A program made the translations under genes and the position numbers. DNA of 63,770 nucleotides, counting the filler, from Stramenopiles sp. TOSAG23-2 (Eukaryota), in the NCBI GenBank assembly GCA_900128395.1. It is 45 parts of 45 records of this genome, joined end to end, with 100 filler letters (N's around TTAATTAATTAA, not from the genome) between each part and the next. Parts side by side here need not be neighbours in the genome. Positions count along the whole stretch, not along the records: positions 48,344 to 49,657 come from LT653195.1; positions 49,758 to 51,070 come from LT653196.1; positions 51,171 to 52,483 come from LT653197.1; positions 52,584 to 53,896 come from LT653198.1; positions 53,997 to 55,308 come from LT653199.1; positions 55,409 to 56,719 come from LT653200.1; positions 56,820 to 58,130 come from LT653201.1; positions 58,231 to 59,541 come from LT653202.1; 37 more parts are not named here. One strand, written 5' to 3'. The notes beneath the pieces were generated by a model, which did not search any database, had not been told where the DNA came from, and saw only the letters and a list, made by a program, of their open reading frames with translations. Positions 48,344 to 61,275 of this stretch are shown here, piece after piece (within the stretch, counting starts at the first letter, position 1; every line of letters begins with the position of its first letter).

Positions 48344-49657
48344 AAGAGGGTCATAAAGATATAGTTGAATTACTTTTAAATATGAAAAATATTGATGTCA
48401 ATAAACCAAGAAAGACTTATGGAAGAACACCATTATTAATTGCATCGGAAAAAGGCCATAAAGATATAGTTGAATTACTTTTAAATATGAAAAATATTGA
48501 CGTTAATAAAGAAGACGACGAGGATGGACTAACATCATTATTTATTGCATCGGCTGGTGGCCATAAAGATATTTTAGAATTGCTTTTAAAGATGAAAAAT
48601 ATTGATGTTAATAAACCAGCCAAGAATGGACGAACACCATTATTTATTGCATCGGGAAACGGTCATAAAGACGTAGTTGAATTACTTTTAAATATGAAAA
48701 ATATTGATGTTAATAAATCAGACAAGAATGGACGAAAACCATTATGTGTTGCATCGGAAAAGTCATAAAGACGTAGTTGAATTACTTTTAAATATGAAAA
48801 ATATTGATGTTAATAAATCAGACAAGAATGGACGAAAACCATTATGTGTTGCATCGGAAAAAGGCCATAAAGATATAGTTGAATTACTTTTAAATGTGAA
48901 CAATATTGATCTTAATAAATCAGAGAAAAATGGAGGAATACCATTATATATTGCATCTGAAAAAGGCCATAAAGATATAGTTGAATTACTTTTAAATATG
49001 AAAAATATTGATGTCAATAAAGAAGACGACGAGGATGGAGCAACACCATTATTAATTGCATCACAACAAGGTCATAAAGATATAGTTGAATTACTTTTAA
49101 ATATGAACAATATTGATCTTAATAAACCAGCCAAGAATGGAGCAACACCATTGCATGTTGCATTGACAAATGGTCATACAGATATTGCAGAATTACTTTT
49201 AAACATGAAAAGTATTGATGCTAATAAACCAGCCAAGAGTGGAGCAACACCATTATTAATTGCATCGGGAAACGGTCATAAAGACGTAGTTGAATTACTT
49301 TTAAATATGAACAATATTGATGTTAATAAAGCAACTATTAAAGGAACAACACCATTATTAATTGCATCGGAAAAAGGCCATAAAGATATAGTTGAATTAC
49401 TTTTAAATATGAAAAATATTGACGTTAATACACCAGAGAAGAATGCAGCAACACCATTATTAATTGCATCACAACAAGGTCATAATTGCATCGGAAAAAG
49501 GCCATAAAGATATAGTTGAATTACTTTTAAATATGAACAATATTGATGTTAATAAAGCAGAAAAGACTAATGAAAGAACACCATTATATATTGCATCGGA
49601 AGAAGGCCATAAAGATATAGTTGAATTATTTTTAAATATGAAAAATATTGACGTTAA
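48344..49657 (+). CDS. ankyrin-repeat array (about 13 near-identical repeats, 2 frameshifts)
   Basis: TPL.IAS..GHKDIVELLL..NIDVNK repeated; frame breaks near 48762 and 49485. Confidence 0.9.
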
Positions 49658-49902
49658 NNNNNNNNNNNNNNNNNNNNNNNNNNNNNNNNNNNNNNNNNNN
49701 NTTAATTAATTAANNNNNNNNNNNNNNNNNNNNNNNNNNNNNNNNNNNNNNNNNNNNCAGCCAGCTATAATAATAAAATAATAAAAAATAATAATAATAA
49801 TAATAAAATACTTGGTAATAATACGCAAGTATACTATATATATATACATATAGAAAGTATAAGAAGAAAAGTTGGCGTCGTATTTATTACATTATTGTCA
49901 TC

Positions 49903-50718
49903 ATGGGGAATGAAACGTCTTCGGAATATTGTGGGTATCGGGTGTTGTCTGTACAAAAAAATAGCCCTGGATTTGTTGCAGGCCTTGATCCATATTTTGA
50001 TTTTGTAGTAGCGGCTAATAATGTACAACTATTATCGGAGGATAACGCGTTTCTTGATATCATTGCACAAAACTCCGGAAAAGAATTAGAGCTTATTGTT
50101 TACAATTCAAAGCGTGATGAGACTAGAATGTGCACGATCGTCCCACGAAGCGACTGGGGTGGCCAAGGATTGCTTGGCATAACCATCAGGTTTGACTCCT
50201 TTGAAAATGCAAATGAAAATGTAATCCATATCTTGTCTGTTAAACCAGGTTCACCAGCAGATGTTGCAGGTATTAAAGCGGATGATGACTACGTATTAGG
50301 AACAGCAGAAATGGTATTTCATGACATGGAAGAGCTTGCTTTATGCTTCGAAGCCAATGTCAATAACACTATTCCATTATATGTCTATAGTGCATCGACG
50401 GATGCCGTACGTGTCGTAAATATCATACCAAATACAAATTGGGGTGGATATGGTATATTTGGATGTGAAGTTGGTCATGGATATTTACATCGTTTGCCAA
50501 CTAGAAAAAGATCTAGTTCCGAAAACAATAGTACAGTATCTTCAACGTCTATGAATAATAATGATGAGAGCAATAAGCTTGTTATAGGCAATATAGTAAA
50601 AACAACAATGGGTCCTGGTAAATTACTATTTGAAAGGCATGATGGTTTTAAAATAGTTGAATTAAAATGGTGTTTAGCAAACAATCAAAAATCAATTATG
50701 TATACAAAATTACAATAG
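49903..50718 (+). CDS. Golgi reassembly-stacking protein GRASP55/65 homolog
   Basis: MG myristoylation start, GYRVLSV..SPG..AGLDPYFDF, WGGQGLLGITIRF, WGG.G..GCEVGHGYLHRLP. Confidence 0.95.
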   Translation: MGNETSSEYCGYRVLSVQKNSPGFVAGLDPYFDFVVAANNVQLLSEDNAFLDIIAQNSGKELELIVYNSKRDETRMCTIVPRSDWGGQGLLGITIRFDSFENANENVIHILSVKPGSPADVAGIKADDDYVLGTAEMVFHDMEELALCFEANVNNTIPLYVYSASTDAVRVVNIIPNTNWGGYGIFGCEVGHGYLHRLPTRKRSSSENNSTVSSTSMNNNDESNKLVIGNIVKTTMGPGKLLFERHDGFKIVELKWCLANNQKSIMYTKLQ

Positions 50719-53090
50719 ACAACTTCATCAGTAAATAAAATCGCAAAATCATCACGGCAAAAAATATAATCCTGGTATTATGAAACAGTAACTTGTCGTA
50801 GTAGTAGAGATACATGTGGCTCAAATATAAAATGGTTTGGTTGGAGATATATATATACGTGTTCGTCTTATGATTGGTTAAAAATCTTAAGTTTTATTTT
50901 TTTTTAAATATTATATATTTAAAAAAATATTTTATTTATAAAATTTTAAAATACCAGGATAGTGTATATAGTATCATATCATATTATCATATTAATTAAT
51001 GCATTTTTATATTTTACTAGAGGAGGGTCTCCCGTTGGTCGACAGAGGCCTAATTTCATGCTTGATAATGNNNNNNNNNNNNNNNNNNNNNNNNNNNNNN
51101 NNNNNNNNNNNNNNTTAATTAATTAANNNNNNNNNNNNNNNNNNNNNNNNNNNNNNNNNNNNNNNNNNNNTCGAACTAATTATCGTTATTATATTATTAT
51201 TATTTCTCATTTTGTATTTCGATATAACAATTATAATTAATTAATTAATTTCACTATAGTAAATGTTAAAAAAAAAATATTGAGTAAGCAATATTCACTA
51301 TTTTTTTAACACAAACCGTTTTTCAAAGACTTAACAATAAGCGTAAGAATTGTACAAAGCGAGATATCCTCTTAATGTTTACAATTTACATACCCAAACA
51401 CACATACAATTACATACAATATATTGTATATATTATTAATTTATTCATAAAATTAATACGGGATTAAAATGTTAAAATAGATTTATATAGTAGGGTTAAA
51501 ATTGGATCAGAGAGTGTTTGTTAAGCTTATGATGATGCTATCGAAATAATTTTACATGAAATAACCTATTGTTTAACACTGTTTATGATTAAAATAGGAT
51601 TGGTATAACTTCATTTCTGCCATGTGGAAACCGACGTGTGCTTGTTTTTTTGCGGTGTAAATGCCCAAAATGACCATTTTAAACATCAAATTAACAACAA
51701 TATTCCCATAGTTATTAGTTATAAAATACGATGTAACAAATATCCATATTATACCTTCATTAATGTGATAATATTATAAATTATAGTTCATATTAAATAT
51801 CATCCTCATAAATATATTTATTTCATCATGATAAATCCACCACGTCGATCCCTCATGAAAAATCCTTCACTTTTTGACGATGAATCTCGTCCACGTATTT
51901 TCTTGAATGAAATTAGTAGATTTAAAATACTATTACTTCTGTTCGATATGACAATATCCGATAATATATAATATATAAAATGTTCATTACAAAATATTAT
52001 AACACATATTTAGTAATTGTTTTATATTTTTGGTTTGATAATTTTTTCTATTGATCAAAATTCCATTATAAATTATATCATTATTGTCAATTCATTCTTA
52101 TAAAAAGAAAATCATGTAGGAATTAGTAAAAACCAATGCGCCAAATTCCTTCAATTTAAGGATAACGTATTTAGAATATAATACATACCATGTATTCATG
52201 CTATTTTAACAATACTATGGTAATATTATGTTCACATACAATGGTAATAGTATTATTAAAGATGTTTATACTCCTTAATAAAACCAGATTTTGGACATAA
52301 AATATATATATATCTATATACATATACACACTATTGTGTGTGAGTGAGTATCACATACACACGGATAATCATTAAAGATCATCAATACTCAAAGAGAGAA
52401 AAAACAATATTACCATCTATAAATATTAATACAACAATAAAACATGTCTGTTGCTACATTACCATCCAATTTTGAAACACGTANNNNNNNNNNNNNNNNN
52501 NNNNNNNNNNNNNNNNNNNNNNNNNNNTTAATTAATTAANNNNNNNNNNNNNNNNNNNNNNNNNNNNNNNNNNNNNNNNNNNNTATCAATCTCTGAATAT
52601 TCTAAACGTTGTTGTAATGATTTTGGCAATACCATATTTATATTGGTTGTCCTAAATTATGTATATATATATATATCCTCTCGCTATATTTTTAAATCAA
52701 AAAAAGTGGATACTTTTCTTTCCGTGTTGTTTATTTTTATATATACTCTAGACAGATAGATAGATAGATAGGTATACACTGATTTTACTTCTTGTTTCTT
52801 GATTTTTACAAACTGTTTCTCTTCACTAAACTAACGTAGATACATATATATATATTTTTCAGTATATTTTATTGTTTTTTGAATGGTAATAAAATTATAA
52901 CGGCGGCGATGTGTTTTTTGGTTAAGGTTAGGGAGTAGGTATAGGGTTGATATTGTTGAGGAAGGAATATTTATTATAGTGCTGTGGCCTTATATTAAAT
53001 ATTAATAGGTACACAGCACCACAGGATATCAGCAAGAATTAAAATTATTAAAAAATAATATAGTAATTTAGAAGTATCCTCTAAACGTAA

Positions 53091-53112
53091 AATCCGCTTA
53101 TATAAGCGGATT
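53091..53112. repeat. perfect 22-bp palindrome AATCCGCTTATATAAGCGGATT
   Basis: Equals its own reverse complement. Confidence 0.95.
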
Positions 53113-53121
53113 AAGGTAATG

Positions 53122-53347
53122 AAATTTTAAAAAAATATTTAGGAGGGTTCTTTTTGCTCAAATTACACAAAATAACCCTCTATGCACATCTACACATACA
53201 CAGCTTTCCAACCATATACATATCAACCCATTATAAATTTTAAAAAAATATTTAGGAGGGTTCTTTTTGCTCAAATTACACAAAATAACCCTCTATGCAC
53301 ATCTACACATACACAGCTTTCCAACCATATACATATCAACCCATTAT
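53122..53347. repeat. exact 113-bp tandem duplication
   Basis: Copies start at 53122 and 53235. Confidence 0.9.
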
Positions 53348-54330
53348 TCCATGCATGGATGTACATATATGCATGCATATACACATTCATCAATGTATTT
53401 TTAAATTATGCACAACCCCTGCTGTATCCTTGCTATTTAATCTTTTTATCAACGAGCGAAGCGTGTTGGAATTTCGCCCGTTTGCTGTTAAATTAGAGCG
53501 TTTTGGAGCTCAAATTCACACTCTTTGCATCAAATTGGACCAAAACCACGTTGAAATGAAGCTTCAAGTCCATCTATTATTCAAACTATGGATCATAAAC
53601 ATCTGCCGAATCCATATTTTGGGGTGTTTTTCTACCTTTTATTGTATGTTTCTAACGGTTTTTGATGACAACAAATGTGGTTTAGAAGGTCTCTAGTAAT
53701 TTAGACTATATATTTAATACTTAAATATCCCTATATAGTAATTTCTGTGCGTTTGATAAATGTGTGGATACTTCCCTTAAATACACTCTCAAATTTAAAG
53801 TAATTTCTAGAAATTATAAGGTTTGCTTTTCCATTCAACAAAATTTTATAAAATTTATAACTTTTATTTTTTTAATGCTATTTACCTGCTACAAATNNNN
53901 NNNNNNNNNNNNNNNNNNNNNNNNNNNNNNNNNNNNNNNNTTAATTAATTAANNNNNNNNNNNNNNNNNNNNNNNNNNNNNNNNNNNNNNNNNNNNTTTG
54001 ATAGACTATTATTCATTTTATACTTGAAGTATACAATTTAACTCAGCACCTCTAACGTTTTATATTACATCAGGATAAATTATTATTATACCTGTGCCGG
54101 TGTGGTACAAGACATATGCACATATTTTTTCCTTTTTTTTTTTTTTTTTTGTATACATTAGTGCATTATTATTGAAATTATGATGAAATGCACACATATA
54201 TATATTAATATAATAATAATTTATAACGGGCATACCAATTACATTCTTAGATATATACAAAAATAACGATACAGTAACTATATAAGAAATCTATGAACAG
54301 CCGGCTTCTTCAAGGCAATCATCAAGACCA

Positions 54331-54840
54331 ATGGAAAAAAAATCAACTTTGTTACCCTTTATAAATGATCAAAAGACAGAGTCTGATGATGAGCAAACTT
54401 ACAATGCTGATATTGGAATTATAGAAGCCATTTTAGATGGATTTGTACAGGCTTCGAATATGTTGACAGCAACCAACTTATTACCAGTAGAAATAGCTTT
54501 AAGAAAAAATTCTGATAGAAATGTAATACAATTGTTAATAAGTGATACATTTGTAAGAATTGAATGGACTGGTGATATTGGTAAATGCGATTATCAAATT
54601 TTAAAATGGCATGTCCAATACAGTGAATGTGATCGCGTGAATACTAATAAGTCCAAAAAATGGTTAGATGCAACTCCGTCAGGTGGGGAAGTTCCTGGAG
54701 ATTGCTTTTCTATATTAGTAGTCCCGCTTAAAGCAGTTACTAATTATGTTTTTCGGATGCGTGGTTGGGGTGGAGAGACGGGAGATTGGTCGACATTTAG
54801 TGCAAAATCAAAAGTTTATCATAGTAGTAGAAGGTATTAA
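54331..54840 (+). CDS. fibronectin type III domain protein (C-terminal part)
   Basis: IEW..VQY..W..LKAVTNYVFRMRG..GDWSTFS. Confidence 0.7.
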   Translation: MEKKSTLLPFINDQKTESDDEQTYNADIGIIEAILDGFVQASNMLTATNLLPVEIALRKNSDRNVIQLLISDTFVRIEWTGDIGKCDYQILKWHVQYSECDRVNTNKSKKWLDATPSGGEVPGDCFSILVVPLKAVTNYVFRMRGWGGETGDWSTFSAKSKVYHSSRRY

Positions 54841-55408
54841 TAAAAACAAAACGACTTGGGGCGTCTTTAAAAAAATTACTAAATTGTGTAGTACACCAAT
54901 AAATATATTTTAATTATATCTTTGTTAGCTCTCCTGAGCGTCGTGTGTTCCGACTAATATCTTTGGTCCTATAACATCAACCTAAACCCTAATGTTAACA
55001 CGTTTTATATAATCGAAATTTACTACTCAAGAAACCAGAGCTCTCTCTGGTCCGGGTTCAAAATGGAACAGCAATATTATTAATAGCTATACTACTCCTA
55101 TTATTATTCACCTGGTAGAGCTATACGAGGATATAGTATTAATACTGGTATTATAAATACATTAATCTGCTGGCAAAAAAACAACAACAACAACTTATAT
55201 CCTTATTATTATTATTTTATTTAACCATCATTAGTACATTAAAATTTTAGTCTAAAGTATAATAAATACTATATACGAAACCAATTTGCTAATAGAAAAA
55301 ATAAAAACNNNNNNNNNNNNNNNNNNNNNNNNNNNNNNNNNNNNNNNNNNNNTTAATTAATTAANNNNNNNNNNNNNNNNNNNNNNNNNNNNNNNNNNNN
55401 NNNNNNNN

Positions 55409-56394
55409 TGAGAGATACGTCTAACCCGAAGAAAGTAGCCCATCTTCAAGCTATGAATGAATATCCAATTTTACGTGGTACCTTGACCTTGTATCAAGCA
55501 GATTTACTAGTTCCAGGAAGTTATGACAATGCATTCAGAGGTGCTGCTGGTGTTATCCATTCCGGTGCTGCAGTTGGTTTTAATAAGGAAACTCCTCAAG
55601 AAGTGTATGATGGTTGTTTTACGCAGAATGAAGCAGTACTATCAAGTGTAGCAAAAAGTGGGAGTGTAAAACGAATTGTATTTACAAGCAGTTTTGCTGC
55701 GGTAGCACACCCAGCAAAGGCCGGATATGTCTTTACAGAGAAAGATTGGTGCACCGATAATCGAGAGAGAATGATAGAAAAAGGATTATGGGATAATGGT
55801 AATGGGGAAGTAATTAAAAAAAGTAGGGATATTGCGTATGCACTTGCAAAAGCTAGAAGTGAAAAATTATTGTACAAATTAGCTGCTGAAAATGGAACAT
55901 TTGAAGCCATGACAATTAATCCATTACATGTGATCGGTCCTGTTATGTGTGAAAATCATGATCAACCATTTAGCTGGCAAAATCATATACGGTTTATGAT
56001 GAATGGCAAAAATTTTATAATGTTTCCACATGGTCGTATGTTATGGAATTGCGTCGATGTGAGGGATACTGCACGAGCACATAGGTTGTGTTTAGAAAGC
56101 ACCGTTGCAGATAATGGCAGTAGATATATATTAGGTGCAACTGATCGATCTATGGAAATGTTTACTTGGCAATTACAAGGCAAGTTACAATCATTATTTC
56201 CACAATTACCAAACATTGGAGGTGAAGAAATGGAAAATGGCAAACCAACTGGGGAAACATATGATTCACCACGTAGTTATTGTTTATTAGCTAAAGAAGA
56301 ATTAGGTCTTAAAACGTATACGATTGAAGATACATTACGTGATACTGGTTTATCTTATATGACCTTAGGTTTAATTAAAAATGCTAATCTGTGA
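55409..56394 (+). CDS. extended SDR, NAD(P)-dependent epimerase/aldehyde reductase (Gre2/CCR-like), 5' truncated
   Basis: ADLL..GS.D.A..G..GVIH, VFTSSFAAV, YALAK (YxxxK), INP..VIGP, VDVRDTARAH. Confidence 0.92.
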
Positions 56395-56819
56395 TGTTGA
56401 GGGGGGAGAGGCAAAAAATATACTTTAACTTGTTCTACTTGTATTAGAGTAAACATATTTTAACATTTTCACATATAATAGTACTGCCAGGTATAATACA
56501 ACATTACTTAAATATAATATAATACAGTACAATAGCTGTGTTGTGGTATAAAAACCGACTGCAAAAATAAAAAAATAAAAACAAGAGACAAATGATATAG
56601 GTTAATAAAACAATATTTGTATACTACCAAGTATAAACCTCGAGAAATGATGATACAGTGAGTGTTGTTCTTCATCGAGTTGCGAACCATCAAAGCACAG
56701 TGAATAATATATATATATANNNNNNNNNNNNNNNNNNNNNNNNNNNNNNNNNNNNNNNNNNNNTTAATTAATTAANNNNNNNNNNNNNNNNNNNNNNNNN
56801 NNNNNNNNNNNNNNNNNNN

Positions 56820-57698
56820 CGATGAAGATGCGTTATCATCAAGAGTTTATCAAAACTTGCTTAGCGAATATAATATGCTAAATGACGTCAATAAAGCTTT
56901 GGAAAGGGAATTAATAAAGGTACAAGATGATCGCGATAACTGTATTTCCATGTTAAGCAAATTAATTGGTGATGGAAAAACGACAAAAGATTTAATTAGA
57001 TCTCTTGAAAATAGAGTGGAAAAAATAAACGTAAGTAGAAACACATTTTGATTTCAATTTTTGTACCTCTTGAGGAGCCTGTTCTCTCCCTCCTTATCAT
57101 ACATACACGCTAACATTTAGATCTTTTGTCAATTTGAAAATGTCCAGGCCAGTGATATCTCCAATCATGTTACCAAAAAATTATAGATTTAGGTGCAGGC
57201 CATGGTGCGCTGACGAAAATACTCCCAGAAGGCTCCATTGCAGTTGAGATTTTAGAAAATCGCTATAAAAAAGGTAAAACCCGCGCACCTAAGAGTACTT
57301 GGGTAAATCAAGATATTTTTTCAAGTAGCTTTTATGATCAATTTCTAAAAAATTCTATGAATACGTTTGATTACGTTGTAAGCAATCCCGATTTTGAAGT
57401 TGCATTACAAACTATTTTTATATCTTTATTTTTATTGAAAAGGGGGTGCAAAATGTATTTCTTATTGCCATCTGACTTTTTCGAGGCAAGTCCACCTAGA
57501 ACGCGTGTTTACAAAATTTTAAATTGTACAATTGAAAAAGAATATAAACTTGGGCATTTAGCATTTTACGAAGATAACCGCAATGCACAGAAATTGAGCA
57601 CAGATAGTATCTTCGTTTTATCTCACGGAAGAGAAAAAAAATATGAATACACAGTTATGAATTCAAGATTAGCTGGAATGTTACGAACATCATCATAA
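56820..57698 (+). CDS. coiled-coil exon, intron, then N6-adenine DNA methyltransferase-like domain (frameshift at A-run 57175-57180)
   Basis: From 57180: IIDLGAGHGAL (motif I), AVEI, QDIF, FDYVVSNPDF (motif IV variant), FLLPSDFF. Confidence 0.72.
57031..57120 (+). other. spliceosomal intron, 90 bp, phase 0
   Basis: GTAAGT donor, GCTAAC branch point, TTTAG acceptor. Confidence 0.8.
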
Positions 57699-58267
57699 GA
57701 GTGATTTGAAATTTATACCGTGCTTGTGGAGTATTAGTTTGCAGCACGGGAAGTAAAATTATTAATTAATAACTCTTAAAGATTTTAACTATTTCATTTA
57801 ATATATAATATACACTAGTGTGAGATAGATTATTTCAGTTATTGTATTCTTTTGATGCGTGGGAGGATCGTATGGGCGCCTCACGTCGGGTAACTTACGC
57901 AGATTATGTTAAATGTTTAACGATAATCAACTTCGACCGTATCAGACAATATTCCCATTGGCGACGTGAACATTGGGTTGTAATAAAATCTTTAAATTAT
58001 AAATAAGAGAATTCTTTATATTATTTCTCTTACTCACATATATATAAATGAAATAAGAGAATTTTTTATATATATTTAATGATATATATATATATATATA
58101 AATTTCTTTTACTCCCGGAAATATATATCANNNNNNNNNNNNNNNNNNNNNNNNNNNNNNNNNNNNNNNNNNNNTTAATTAATTAANNNNNNNNNNNNNN
58201 NNNNNNNNNNNNNNNNNNNNNNNNNNNNNNATTTAAATCCATCATCCCTCCTTTTTCCTAATTCAAT

Positions 58268-59541
58268 TTACACTGCAAATAAAGTTTTCTTCCTCTGTAG
58301 TTCCTCTTCCTTCTTCTCATTACCATTTTTCTTCAACATTGTTGTTTTCCCAACACGTAATATCATTGGATGCAACAATAATACTTCACCATCTCCGATA
58401 GAATCATCATTTAATACATCGTTTAAATCAATATTACAAGCTCTTGCACCCATTACATTGGCAACGAACGCTGAAAACACGCCAGAATCATAGGTAATAC
58501 CACCAAGCCAATGATTATTATTATTATTTAAATGATTCTGTTTAACTTGCTTGATTAATGTATTTATACGTGTTAAGAATATGTTTCCACTATGTTTTAT
58601 CAATTTGTTACTATTCGTAGTGTTCCGAACTATATTGAATAACAGTTCCGATGCTAATTGTACTTCACCTAAAATTTCTATATGCATATTCATTTCTTCC
58701 ATTTCAAAAATAGGTCGATCAAATAATGATTTTAATGAAGTTACCATACGTGTTTTTGAAGCAAGTGAATTCATATTTATTATCAATTTAGATGCAACAT
58801 TTTCAATTTTTTGTATCAAATATTCGATTAATTTGTTATTTTCGTCGTTGGAATTGTTGTTGTTGTTGTTGTTGGCAATGCTCATTTTGCCTAAATATGC
58901 ATATGCTTGTCGCAATAAAGCCCCATCACAATAATTTACACAATTTAACATCTTACCAATAACGTGTCTCGCTTTATTACGTACATCTTTATCATCATCT
59001 TGTAAGAGGCGTAGACATATTTTCCAATGTTTCAATTGAAAGAAAGAAATAAGATGAGATAATGCACCAATACATCCGTATCGCATGTACATATCTTGTT
59101 CTTCGGTGCTGCATTGATCTAATATATTAATCAATTGTGACATAGCATTGCTTGATGTGATGTTCCCACTCCTTTCTACCTCCATATTGTTATTATCAAA
59201 CAATGTAATAGATTCAACAACTTGACCTAATAATTCAATCGCCTCACCTACAACTCTTGGATTATTTGTTGATATATGTTGTTCGATAATTTTATTCAAG
59301 TATTGGAACAATTTACTACGAAATGTTGCATCGTTACGTTTTAAGTGCAGTTTTAAATTACATAAATCTAATAAACGCAACTCATGGCGCAATATAAATG
59401 ACTCTTTGTCTACTTTTGTTTCATTCCTCAACATATTGTTTAAAATATGAATCGAAATTGCTTTGCAATCGTCATCTAAATTGATATGTATATTATGTTT
59501 CACACGATGCTTGATTTGTTTCAATGCAATAATTGTAGAAT
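58268..59541 (-). CDS. THADA/Trm732-like HEAT-repeat protein, C-terminal part
   Basis: LRLLQDDDKDVRNKA and IFEMEEMNMHIE resemble THADA C-terminal motifs. Confidence 0.6.
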
Positions 59542-59641
59542 NNNNNNNNNNNNNNNNNNNNNNNNNNNNNNNNNNNNNNNNNNNNTTAATTAATTAANNN
59601 NNNNNNNNNNNNNNNNNNNNNNNNNNNNNNNNNNNNNNNNN

Positions 59642-60679
59642 ACTTGTCATTAACTCGCTGCTTGCTTTTGTAATAAGATTTTCACCTTCATAAATTTCTA
59701 CAAAAATTGGATAAGCATTATCATGCGAAAATGAATCAAAATTTAAATCATTCAAAGACTTTAATAATATCGTCTTTGTACCACTTAAAAATTTAAAACT
59801 AACATGGTATGGCAAGAAATTGTTTGTGTTTCTTATATCACTCATAGTAACTTTATTTGTATTTCCTTTTGATGTCTTGGAACATAGCTTGATTATAAAT
59901 AAGACTATGGAGCCAGAAATTAAACAAGCGAAACCAACTGGTAACATGGTAAACATTTCAATATGAACATCTTGTTTTGAAATTTCTTTAATGATTAAAT
60001 TAGTGGATGTGCCAAGTAATGTGCACATACCACCAAGGAGAGACACATAACTCAAGGGAAGTAAAAACACTGTCTTTGGAAATTTATTATCACTTGCAAA
60101 CTTCAGTATAATGGGAACACAAATCAATACTACGGCTGTATTCGACAAAAAAGCAGAGAGAATCGATATTGTTGCTAACATCCGTATAAAACTTGCATTC
60201 ATTGAACCAGACCTTCCTAGTAATACACCTAAAATTGCTTCAATAGTGCCGAATTCATCCAGTATATTTGCGATGGGTTGAATCACTGCGACTGCCATTA
60301 AGCCGGGAGATGCCAATCCCTTTAACGAATCTTTTGCGCTAATCAAATTAAAAAACAGGAAAAAAGAGGTTAATACTAGAAACACATTGGAAGTTTCAAA
60401 TTCTAAAACAAGTGCAATCAAAGCTACCATGGAACCCCACAAAACCAACCACGACTGGTAGTTATAAACATTGTCATAAATGGAACAAAGCCAACAAATA
60501 AGACAAGCGATTCCAAGAATAGTTGAAAGCAAAAGAAAAAAATTTGCGGTATAGTTTACAACCAATCCCTTTTCTTTTGCAAAATTGGATCCCCGCACTG
60601 GTACAGAAGTTTCTTCCTTCTTCGCCAGGTCTGCATTTTGCGAAAGCAACGGTTCACTTAAAGTACTTTCAATTTTCAT
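59642..60679 (-). CDS. SLC13/DASS-type sodium:sulfate/carboxylate symporter, 5' part
   Basis: Multiple TM helices; SAFLSNTAVV and LLPLSY..LGGMCTLLGTSTNLI. Confidence 0.88.
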
Positions 60680-61051
60680 TTTGTAGTAGCGAAAAATAGT
60701 GTCGGTGTTATATGTTTGTTGTGGTCATATATAATATATACTACAATCAATTAATTTAAATTAGAGAAATTAATACACAAAAATGTTTGCGAGACTCAAT
60801 ATAGTATTTATATTTATCAGAAAGGCGTTTATATACTATACAACAATCAACTGGTGGTCTATTGGCTATTAGTATCGATATATATATATGTGGTAAGCTA
60901 TTATAAAACGGCCAACAAGCCACATTAACATAGAGCCGCTCCGTTTTATGTNNNNNNNNNNNNNNNNNNNNNNNNNNNNNNNNNNNNNNNNNNNNTTAAT
61001 TAATTAANNNNNNNNNNNNNNNNNNNNNNNNNNNNNNNNNNNNNNNNNNNN

Positions 61052-61275
61052 GTGCACATTTATGTGTTACATATCGACAAACACTCGATGGCGTGAAAGA
61101 ACGTTTTATTGATGATTTGAAAAAATGTGTGAAATTAGTATTAGAAGACGATAAAGGCAAAAATGTTGTCCCAGAAGATGGAAAAGCGCCTATTTATGGT
61201 ACAATTGCTAGTTTACCACCAGGACCAGTAAATGATTTAATCTGTACTTATATGGATGTTGTATTGGAAGTTTAA
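61052..61275 (+). CDS. sphingosine-1-phosphate lyase, C-terminal fragment
   Basis: HLCVT..FIDDLKKCV..APIYGTIASLP..YMD. Confidence 0.75.

Noticed and set aside
32759-49657. Apparent defence island (TIR, MTase, TRAF, KEN RNase, ankyrins)
   Set aside because: Each gene is on a separate size-sorted contig, so proximity is an artefact
2475-54993. Scattered TTAGGG/AAACCCTA words (about 2476, 3381, 52926, 54981)
   Set aside because: One or two units only; not telomere arrays and enrichment cannot be shown by eye
57887-57914. dif-like site (TTATGTTAAAT XerD arm)
   Set aside because: No credible XerC arm, AT-rich background, and it lies in a plausible short coding frame
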